From contig JAQGDQ010000398.1 in NCBI GenBank assembly GCA_030141605.1, positions 124,001 to 188,000 of the forward strand: 64,000 bases of DNA, in the 5' to 3' direction. Both the position numbers and the translations under genes were made by a program. Origin of the DNA: Tubiluchus corallicola. Its lineage: Eukaryota; Animalia; Priapulida. Positions 14,701 to 26,700 of the stretch are shown here, piece by piece. Position 1 is the first letter of the stretch; each line of letters begins with the position of its first letter. The notes below the pieces were generated by a model. It had not been told where the DNA came from. It saw only the letters and a list, made by a program, of their open reading frames with translations, and ran no database searches.

Positions 14701-17700
14701 TATAAATGGCAGATGAAAATGAAGTGAAACTTAAACTTGATTTATATTCTATAATTAAATTTCGTTGTTGCTCTTCTCTAAAATTACTTAATCTTTCAGT
14801 TTTAAGCAAGCTTCCTTTGAACGAAACATTGACAGTGAATGGTGTGAATTGTGCAGAAGAAGCTGAGTATGATTGGAGATTCTATCTGGCTGTGTAAGTA
14901 ATCTGATATTTAGCCAAAAGTCAAAATTTGGTTGTCATTTCTAACACGAATGCATGTACAGGCTTCTTTGATTACAGGTTTTTAGTTTTTATCAGTATAT
15001 CAATCAAATTCATTTACCTACCACAATTTCTTGAATAGCAGAACTTTGACATTGATTTCTTAATGATATACCATATGTAATGATACTTAATGATAATGAT
15101 ATAGTCAGTGCAGGTCTGATCTTGTGACACTAGTTGTTTGGCTCGTGTGACGAGTGATCTTAACGAGTTAAAAAGATTCTTGACCTAGCGTTCAAATGGT
15201 TAAAACTTATTTTTGTATGTAGTCTGATTTAACTAATATTTTTTTAACTATTCCCCTTGCCAATAAAAGTGAATTTATAGAAATTTTTGAATGTTTTTCT
15301 GTGTATTCTGTGGTTCCAGACAACCAGTCTCTTTCAAATTCGATATTAGTGTTCATAAGTGTAAAACTAGTGAATACTGCTAAAATAATCAAAAAAGTCA
15401 ACTCGGATCAATATGTAGGAAGATGAGATTGCAAGAAACTGAGAAATAAGTTTGATTAAATGTTCACATTGCTGTGCAAATATGTTGTGAAATGTCACAG
15501 GGAAAGAAGATGTATGAATAAAAACGAGTTTTAGTGTCAATAATTCAATGTCAGTAGCAAAAGTCATTTTCACAAATAAAAATCCTGTCTGCTAGAATTA
15601 TCAAAATATTGACATTAAAACTTAGCCTGCTCTCTAAAGGCTGCTTATACCCATTCACTTGAGAAATGAAACTAATTGACAAACTGCTCAGTAATTGAAA
15701 AAAATTTACAATACTGTTTATAGCTTATTTGTTTTTCTGTTAATTATAATATTTTTCTGATTTTATAGGGTAATTCTATCGTTGATTGGTATTCTGATAG
15801 TTGTTGGAACATCACTTGATATCTTTCTGTTAATACAGAAAATGTGGTACAGCAGCATTTATGAGTCTATGTAAGTAGCAAAATACTGGGAGTATTTTTT
15901 GCTAATGATTATTGCAGTCTGTTGTCTCAAGAAATGTCACAAATCAGGGAATTTAATTACATGGTCAAATGTCTGTGCAAAATTCTGTTTGCAGGTTTTC
16001 TAATTTGACCCCAGTGAAATACAAAGTCAGTACCTAATGTACCACATTTACAATGTTGTTTGAAACTAATGTTTCCATTTCATTTAAGCTGCTTTATTTT
16101 TTGTCAGGGATTAGGTTGACTATCCTTATTGTCAAAGATAAGTAGGGAAAACTAGGGATTTATTGAAATTCCCAGAGTAGTATAAATAGTAGTGTTATAC
16201 GTAGTGTGGCAACACTTGTTCATAGCATGATATCAAATAATTGTTTTCTCATACGTTGCATTATATTGGTAAATATGGTATGGTGGTCAACCATCATTGC
16301 ATATAATGTAGGCTGAATTTCTAGACCTGAGTGACTAGATATTGTATTCTTCAATTTGTAGTTTTTGTTCATATAAAATTTGTAAATTGTATAGCTCTCA
16401 TACTGTGAGGCATATTGAAATAAGCTAAATAAATGTCTTTATCTTTCTGTGCTGGAAAGTACTAGCATTTTATTAATACAAATAGCAAAAAGCAAAAAGT
16501 TTCGCCTATGATCTGCACTGTAAGTTGTGTTTTTTCTAGTAACGTACATCATAATGAGGTTTGTGTTGTGCGAAATATTCCACTAGTCGTTGTTGTTAGC
16601 ATTTCATGAAAGTGTTGGGGAGTTAGTAGATAGATTAACGACACTGATAATATGTTAGCAATCATTATAGCGGACATCGTCTTGTATTTTATGCTTTATT
16701 TTTACATTTATAAGCATGAGTTCATGAGACATAAAAATGTAAACAACTTATATTTGCACTTTGCAAGTATGTTTACAGAACATTAGACATTGTTATTCTT
16801 AGGGCCAAAGTGCATTATTTCGTTGACTTTAAAACCTACAGCATTTGTATTAACTAATGGCGGCAATATCAGCTCAACTAACACTTAGGCATAAATGGAA
16901 GCACAAATGAAATCATAAAATATGGTGTAGAAAACTTTTTTTACACAACATCTGCTGTTTCCAAAACTTTTAAGAATTTTGAAAGCCTGTGTACCCAAAG
17001 TTAGACGAAATTTCATTTTTTGCCTTTAAAATTTTGGTAACCTTCTTGTTCACCTACTATTCTAGTAGATGCTGGTTCTTATCAATTGATGTATTGAATT
17101 GCTGTATGATTTATCAATTGTCGGTTTTGTAAAAATTTAAAAAAAATTATCCAACTGGAGTTTGACGGTGTGCCTATTTTCATCATTGTTTTTCACTTGG
17201 CTGTTTTGTTGCCGTTATCAGTGGACAATTTTAATTATTATTATTTTTTATTTGTTTTTTTTGTATATTAGTTTTGGCCATTTATAGAATGATTCATATA
17301 ATGCTGCCAGAGAGAGTAACAGCTAAGTGGTCATTGTGTGGGCTTTGTGATCAAAGAGTGCTATGTTGCACTAAACTTGGTTGCAGTGTATTAAAAGAAT
17401 GGGTTTCTTCCCATTATGCTTTTAAGTGCTTTTCGCTGTCACATTTCCTCTGGTTATTTTACCTCATTGAGGAAGGAATCGTGTATGTCCTGCTGCAGCT
17501 AATACATGTGTGCTGGTTCAGTATATCGACATGTATTATGATTGATAATGAGTTATGTCTTACTGCAGCCATTGTGATCAAATAGACATGGCTCCCTAAC
17601 TTTGTAAAAAAAAGTTGAAAACAAAGGCACTTTTAGTACATCTGATGTCTCTCTTACATAATGTCTGCTCACATTTGTTGCTTAGTACATCTGATGTCTC

Positions 17701-20700
17701 TTACATAATGTCTGCTCACATTTCTTACTTAGTACATCTGATGTCTCTTACATAATGTCTGCTCACATTTCTTACTTACTACATCTGATGTCTCTTACAT
17801 AATGTCTGCTCACATTTCTTACTTAGTACATCTGATGTCTCTTACATAATGTCTGCTCACATTTCTTACTTACTACATCTGATGTCTCTTACATAATGTC
17901 TGCTCACATTTCTTACTTACTACATCTGATGTCTCTTACATAATGCCTGCTCACATTTCTTACTTACTACATCTGATGTCTCTTACATAATGTCTGCTCA
18001 TATTTCTTACTTAGTAACTCTGATGTCTCTTAGATAATGTCTGCTCATATTTCTTACTTAGTACATCTGATGTCTCTTACATAATGTCTGTTCACATTTC
18101 TTACTTAGTACATCTGATGTCTCTTACATAATGTCTGCTCACATTTCTTACTTACTACATCTGATGTCTCTTACATAATGTCTGCTCACATTTCTTACTT
18201 ACTACATTTGATGTCTCTTACATAATGTCTGCTCATATTTCTTACTTAGTAACTCTGATGTCTCTTAGATAATGTCTGCTCATATTTCTTACTTAGTACA
18301 TCTGATGTCTCTTACATAATGTCTGTTCACATTTCTTACTTAGTACATCTGATGTCTCTTACATAATGTCTGCTCACATTTCTTACTTAGTACATCTGAT
18401 GTCTCTTACATAATGTCTGTTCACATTTCTTACTTAGTACATCTGATGTCTCTTACATAATGTCTGCTCACATTTCTTACATGTAAGAAATAAATGTAAA
18501 AAATGTCATTGTACCATATACTTGTATTCAATTTATTTAAACCAAAAATTTCATAACTCTTGCAGGAGCAATGTACAGTGGTCAGAATTTTCGATTGTTA
18601 TGAGAATATATTGTGACGATGGTTTTGTAGTGAGAAAACTTTTGTTGGAACTATTGTCAAGTGAAAATTTTGCATCCCAGTTCTTACTACTTTTTACATT
18701 AAAACTGTACATTATTATACAATTTGCACTCGTTTGTTAACTGTTCCCTTTTTACTTAGTTTTATGTACTTAATAAACGTATTTTAATTTTGAACTCATT
18801 GTCATTTATAGAAAAATACCATCTAGTCGTAGCGTGGCAAATGAATATACACCAATATTGCAGCAGCAAAATGCAGATGGGTACCAGACAATAGGAAATT
18901 CAGAGATGGAACATCGGTCTTTAGAAAGGAGAGAGTCACACATGCCTGGTAAACCACTCTAAATGGTTTAATTGTTTTAATTGTTCTGCACCTTGTAAAA
19001 AGAAAATTATTTTGTTGAGAGAGATTGCAAGTGTTTCAAAACTGTTCAAGAAAAAGAATTATAACTGTAAACCTTCTGATTAATTGAATAAGCAGCACTT
19101 CATTCCTTGGTTTGGTAAAACTTATTGCAGGTGTGATTATGACAGTGCGCATAGTTTAATGCTTACACGGCGTGAAATGCCATTTGAAAATGTACTTGAC
19201 TTTTCGTTTTTTTTGTTTGATCAATACAGTATGCGCCGCTTAATAAACTCACTTGAGATGAATGTGTTTTGACCCAATTAACCGACTGATTCAATTAGCC
19301 AACCGGTGTAGCATATTACTACTGTAGAAGTATGAGTCATCACTCTTCAGCTTACTATGCACTATAAGGTTTTACTTGAATTTTTGAAACGAATTAATGT
19401 GGAAATATTATATGCAATTATTTAAGAATACTAATTTATATAAATGAATTAGTAAAAAAAGAAAATAAAAAATCGCTCAAATATGATTATTACCACTAAA
19501 AATTAAAAAATTCGTGCAAGGTTGGTTGCTTCATTTCTTCACAAAGAAGTTCATTTATTAAATTTTCGTATTGATAAAAACATTGAAAATCTGTTGCTCT
19601 CTAATGTCGATGTTCACCCATAAAATCTAGATGCCTAGCTCTTGAGTTGGTGATGACGTTGTTTCCCCTGTGAAAGATAAGCGGCTGGGCAAGTGATTAA
19701 ATGTTTAACTTTCAGAAATGAGGTTAACTGCAGTGGACGAGCAGGTGACAGATTCAAAGCATAACTGCTACACTAATATATTAGCACATGATAAACAAAC
19801 ATGCTTACAAACAAAGTTTTACTTAATATGACTGTTTCTACGTACATTATTATGTCGCACAAAAGCGACGTAAAGATTACACAAAAGCTGTAAAAGCTCT
19901 TTGGTCACACATAAGTGTTTTATTTTTAAGTACTTGAAGGAAAAATATTGAGTCAGTTATACGGGCTTATTCGAGTTAATTGCTGACAATTTTTATGTAC
20001 ATTTGAACAGAAGCGGCCGTAGCAAACGCTTTTGAGTGATTTAAGCAACTCAGTCTGTTAACCGTGAGTTTAATAAACGGCACCTACTGTAACTTAAATT
20101 TCTGATAATTTACCCCTGATGCTTATGTGTGCATAATAATGACCAAACAACCATTTCAGGAGTCTGTTGCAAGCTGTTTCTATGTTGGTCCATTGTTGCT
20201 AATGGTACTAAACTTCTTACTACGCACAAAACCACCAGCCATTTGGACTGTGTTCATGGAATTCGATTTCTAAGCATGTCCTGGGTAATTCTTGGACATA
20301 CGTTTGCATTTTCTGCCCAGTTGTTTAGTAAGTCGATCAACTACTTGTCAGAACTGTTTAAGTTCTTCCCGGAATTTTATTTAAACACATACTAATTACA
20401 TTACATTCATTTTCACTTTGCACTTTGCACTTACGTAATCAACATTCCTGCTTCACTGTATGTTTAGTTTTGTTATTCTGAGGACTAGTTTTTTTGCACG
20501 TTCTGTTGCTGTGTTAATAAGAGTAATTGCAGTTACTTTACCAAAGGTAGTATGTAGATTGTAAATTCTGTTCATGTAATTGTCAGTATTGTCTATGCAA
20601 CTGCATTGTACCTTTTGTGCTAGCTTTTTTAACAGGCCATTTCCTTCTGCTTTTTGCTTTATGCTTCATGAAATACTACATTTCGTTTGTGTGCAAATGT

Positions 20701-23700
20701 TCTGCTTAAAATATGCTGTGCATTCTGCTTTTTTGATATGCTATACGAAAAACTAAATCACACTTACATGTTGTGGTTGACCGAGTCATATTTTGCAACC
20801 TTGTCCAACAAAAGCCAGGAACAGCGATGATCAAGATAAACTATACTTGTTCTACCTTAAGCTCTGCTGAGTGTGGTTTAGCATCTGGCTGTACTTTGGG
20901 AAGTGCTTCACGTGGTCTTTGGACTGCCTCAAACTTCTGGAAGGGACTGCAAGTGCTTCACATGGTCTGTGGACTGCCTCAAACTTCTGGAAGGGATTGC
21001 AGCTGTCTATTACCTTATCACCTTCTGTGAGGAAATTATAAGTGCTTGACTTGTCTTTTATGGCATCTCATAGTAGCTATACATGCAGAATCTACCCTCT
21101 GTGGCCTCTACACAATCTGCTGAGCTTCGAACCTAGGTAACTCACCAAAATGCCGAACAAACTTACTGATACTTGAATTTTGGAATGAAATTTCTCAGCA
21201 TATCGCTAGGGCCATTGTTGTTGCTGTTTTATAGTGTACGCTTGTAACTAATAAGCGCTTATACCTTACAGCCAAAATGTTATCATCACAACACTTATAC
21301 ACGTGCAACTAAGATGAAAACCACCTCAAGAATGCAAATCCTTACACTGGGGTGGAGGTTTTCATGGAACTCTTTTGCCCATATCCTCAGTTACTGCCCA
21401 CCGTCATGGCAACAACTCCGAAATTGTTGCTTGGTCACTGAAGTGATGGTTCTTGTGCCCAATGATTGCAATTGTATTGTAATTAGGTTTTTATGGCAAT
21501 CTGGTCCACTCTTTCTCAATTGTTAAGAATGGAACTAAGATCTTAACAACACGAAAGCATCCCGGACAGTTGGACTGCGTGCATGGCATTCGATTTTTCA
21601 GCATGTCTTGGGTTATCTTAGGGCACTCTTACTACTTCTTTTATGTATCCCCGCTAATAAGTGAGTAGTAACCTTTAGCTTCATAGACTATACTTTCTTT
21701 TACTTGTTTAAACTTTTCATAACTTGCTTTTTAATTTTGTTTTCTTGTTATAATTTCGACTGTAAAACACAATTTTGCATGTCATTAATGTGGTGATGTT
21801 AGAACAATTGGCGACCTAAGTGCACACGTGCTTTAGTAATTATACTCTGATTTAGTAATAAACTGATTGCAATTGAATGCAAGTCCTAAACATTTTGCAT
21901 TGTTTGCATTATTTAACTAGACACAGTCAGTTGGGTATATGTTTTTTTAAGTAAATGCTTCGTTTTTCTAATCATGTATTGTTAATTTCAAAACTTTCTG
22001 TGTAGTATATATTTACATGCGAGTATAATTATGGTGGTTTACTATTGCGATTTTTGTTGTTATGAAGAAGCAAATTATCATCTGATCTCTAAATTAGTAT
22101 CTTGTGTGTCTCTATTCTACCTTCTTTTGTCCTGATTTTTCTTATCTGACACTTGCCTTGCATGTATTCTGCTTTATACCAGTGGTCACGTGGTCAGTAT
22201 GCCCACAATTATGTTGCACCAAATGACTGTACCGCTGGTACAATTTTTCAACAGTAAGAAACTTTCCTGTGTCTCACACATAGTCAAGAAACTTTCCTGT
22301 TTCTCACACTTGGACAAGAAACTTTCCTGTGTGTCTTACACTGAGCAAGAATCTTTACAGTGTGTCTCACATACAGAGAAGAAACTTTCCTACGTGTCTC
22401 ACACGTAGACAAGAAACTTTCCTGTGTGTCTCACACTTGGACAAGAAACTTTCCTGTGTGTCTCACATGTAGAGAAGAAACTTTCCTGTGTGTCTCACAC
22501 TGAGCAAGAAACTTTCCTGTGTGTCTCACACTTGGACAAGAAACTTTCCTGTGTGTCTCACACTGAGCAAGAAACTTTACAGTGTGCTCACATGCAGAGA
22601 AGAAACTTTCCTGTGTGTCACACGTAGACAAGAAACTTTCCTGTGTGTCTCAGACATAGACAAGGAACTTTCCTGTATATCTCACACATAGGCAAGAAAC
22701 TTTCCTGTTTCTCACACTTGGACAAGAAACTCCTGTATGTCTCACATGCAGAGAATAAACTTTCCTGTGTGTCTCACAGGTAGATACTATATGTTGCTTC
22801 ATGATGTTGTCATGAATACATTGCTAGGTTAGTGCAAGATTTCTGGGTGTTACTTTGATGACGTGATTGGTTTATGTAGTTATTCATCTTTTGGTCGTGT
22901 GTACAACTTATTTTTGGCGTAACACTTTTCCAAAGTACAAGCTTTGTTGTCTGTTAAAGTGTGTATGGTTGAGAGCTTACGACAAACTAAAAGAAAATTA
23001 GGCTTCTGAGATAACAACATTGTAAGTCATTGTTAAATACAATATCTGCAATAGATTACAGGTAATTTTAAGTAAGTTTAAAATTGGGAGCCATTTTCTT
23101 TAAAATATGTCCACATTTAATGTTTATTTTCTTGCTGCAAATAAGAAAATTGCTAAAGGTAATAAAAATAATAAACATTAAGATATAAAACAGGACAGAA
23201 GCCATTAATCTTGTATTATCACACATGGCACAGGATCAGTAAAATTAGATTGCTTGGTATCTTGCATATAATATCATCATTACTTTGTTATTCAGAACCA
23301 CACTTACTAAAAAGTTATTTTTGATTTGATAGCTTAGTAAATTTTTGAGACTATTCCAATCTGAATCGAGCAATGCCTTTTAGACACCATCTTATTCCCA
23401 TTTAGATATCACAACAACGCTAATCTTAATTCACCGAAAAAACCCGAAAATATTCCCACTCATAACTTATGAATTAATTCGTAATTTCAGATAATCCTGT
23501 TCATTATCCAGAAGTTGTCAAGAAGTTTGGTTTTCAGGCAATTGCTAACGGTACATATTCAGTAGACACTTTCTTTCTTCTGAGGTGAGTAATTCACGAT
23601 CATTGTTGCATCTGTAACAAAACTTGAAGACAAGATCTGAGTTTCAATGAAATTCTGGATGCTGGCCGTGCCACTGCTGTAGTATTTTGTATTGAAGAGA

Positions 23701-26700
23701 GCAAACAATGTTTGCAGTGATATGAAATGGTGCATGTTTTTTCCATGTGTTTCTGTCAACGTTCATAATATCGCACCTAAACCTAGAGTTCTAGGGAGTT
23801 ATAAAATATTAGAATATCAAATTTTGTAAACCTTCAGAATAGCTACGTTTGACATTATGTGAAATAAATCAAACAGGCAGAAATTGGCAAATATAAGGTC
23901 ACAGTTGTGTGCAATTGTAGATGCAACAGGTGCTGTTTATTGGACTCATGGTTAATAGATTCAGTCGCTTAATTGACTCAAAAATGCCTGGTACGTACTG
24001 CTCCTATTCAAAAATTATCGGCAATTGACTCAAATAAGTCTGCATTATTGACTCAATATTTTTACCTTGCGCGCTTAAATAAGACACTTTTGTGTGACCC
24101 AGGAAGCTTTTGCTACTTCTGTGTCATCTTAGTTTGCGCTTTTGTGCTCTGTAATATACGTAGAAACAGTCATGTTAAGTGCTGTTTTGCTTGTAAGCAC
24201 ATACGTTTATCATATCATATGCTAATATGCTAGTGTATCGGTTTTGCTTTGACGTTCGCATTCACTGCAACCTCGTTACCCAAGAATTTCTGGAAGTTAT
24301 CAGTTAGCAGTCAATGATACAAGTACAGTGATTAGCATAGCAAGCGGAAGCCAAGAGTAACCTACGAAACCACTTGCGAGGAAACAAGGGCACCCCGCCA
24401 ACTGCAGCTCAAGCATGTCAAGCACTAAATGTTTTTCGACAGCAACAGATTTTCAACATTTTATAATTAAGAGAACTTTGTGCACCAACTTCTTCGGGAG
24501 AAAATGAAGCAGCCGACTTTGAAGGAATTTTTGTAATTTGTGCAAATAAACAGACTTATGTGATTTAGAAAAGTATGCTTTATATTTTATTATTAAGTCT
24601 TATATAATATTTTTTTAAAATTTTAACTGCAGAAAGGAATTTATGCATAACTTTGTTTCTAAAATTCGTTAAAAACCTTTGCAGTGCATACTAAGTTGAT
24701 GGCTCGTAGTTCTATACCAGGGTCATAACACTTCAGTCCCAAGTGAGTCTATTAGGCGGCACCTAGTGTATAATATATAAGATTAAACATGGAATACCAT
24801 TTTTCTGTTCGTTATAAATACAGGCTAAGGAGAATATTACTACGAATATTGTATAATTGGTTAATAGTTTCTGTAAGCATTCTTTAAGGCATATGATAAC
24901 ACAGTACTGGATCATATACATTTAATAATTATTAGAAAAAGATGCAAAGTTCGAAGACTTTTAAGTGTTCATGCTACAACAGTGGTTCTTAACCTTGTTG
25001 GAGGTACCGAACCCCACCAGTTTCATATGCGCATTCACCGAACCCCTCTTTAGTGAAAAATAAAACGTGATTTTTTTCAAATTCAAGACATAGATATGTT
25101 TTTTACTGGTACACAAAATGAGCCGTGCATGAACATCACCTTGTTCAAAGAACAAAACCAACACAATGCATAAACTCACAACAAATTACATACCTGCAAA
25201 TCAGTGCGACTTCTGCTGTTGCCTTTGAGAGACCAGTTCAGATATGCGTGGCTGTTTTTTAATACTTCTGCCATTTTTGGAGGCAAGGTTTAATACTTCT
25301 GCCGAAGCCCTGAGATCGACTCACTGAACCCCTAGGGTTCGATCGAACCCAGGTTAAGAACCACTGTGCTAGAGTCTAGCTCCTTTAATAATTCCTCTTT
25401 CCTAGATTTTCTAAATGCCGTGTTAGCTATAGTCTAGCATTGCAAGTGTTTTCAGGTTAACTGAATGTCGTTTCCTTTGCAGTGGTTTGCTAGTGGGTTA
25501 TCTAACACTGAAAGAGATGAGCAAAAATAATGGGAAGATTTTCTGGCCGATGTATTACTTTCATAGATTCTGGAGGTAAAATTATTAGGCTTATTTTGAA
25601 TTCTAGACTCCTTTTGTAGTACGTTAAGTATTTTACCTGACGTATCTGTAAAGAAATTCTGAACATTGTGTTCTCTTTGTGTGCGTAGTCATTTATTTGT
25701 ATTATTTTTATATTAAATCTTTCTTTTTCCACACTTGCACCAGTTTTACGCTCATGAAATTATGTATATGGTGACATATTTTGCGTTTGCCATTTTTTCG
25801 ATTTTACTAGCCACGTGTAATAGAATTTACATCATAGCAGTACGTTTTCTAGAGTTTCGGCTTTGTGTAATATGCATTTGGAAATCTGAACGATCATATT
25901 TGTGTAACATGGCTAAGTAAATATTACTGTAATGATTTTACATTTTAGGTTGACACCAGTGTATATGCTGCTTCTAATGGTTGATGTATGCTTGATACGT
26001 TATGTGGCTAATGGCCCCATGTGGCCTAAGAATGGTTTTGAAAAAGACTTCTGTGTTACAACATGGTGGACTAACCTTCTTTATATCAACAATCTTTATA
26101 AATATGATGAAATGGTATGCCTTTTAAGTTATTCTGTATAGTAGCTATGTTTGTACATCTTTGGCATTTCATTTTAAGTTAGGTAAATGATCGTATGTTG
26201 GAGTTGTGGAAAGTGTTAAACAAGTACAGTGGCTATGTTTGTACATCTTTGGCATTTCATTTTAAGTTAGGTAAATGATCATATGTCAGAGTTGTGGAAA
26301 GTGTTAAACAAGTACAGTGGCTATGTTTGTACGTCTTTTGGCGTTTCATTTTAAGTTAGGTAAATGATCGTATGTCGGAGTTATGGAAAGTGTTAAACAA
26401 GTACAGTGGCTATGTTTGTACATCTTTGGCATTTCATTGTAAGTTAGGTAAATGATCGTATGTCGGAGTTATGGAAAGTGTTAAACAAGTACAGTGGCTA
26501 TGTTTGTACATCTTTGGCATTTCATTTTAAGTTAGGTAAATGATCGTATGTCAGAGTTATGGAAAGTGTTAAACAAGTACAGTGGCTATGTTTGTATGTC
26601 TTTGGCTTTTCATTTTAAGTTAGGTAAATGATCGTATTTCGGAGTTGTGGAAAGTGTTAAACAAGTACAGTGGCTATGTTTGTATGTCTTTGGCTTTTCA

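Noticed and set aside
21487-21660. Exon 7b as an assembly duplicate or dead pseudo-exon
   Set aside because: It is too diverged from 7a for an artefact, and the synonymous-biased divergence with intact splice sites argues against decay.
22256-22785. CRISPR-like look of a conserved repeat with variable intervening bases
   Set aside because: The variable parts are only 6-7 nt and recur, there are no cas genes, and the context is a eukaryotic intron. It is a minisatellite.
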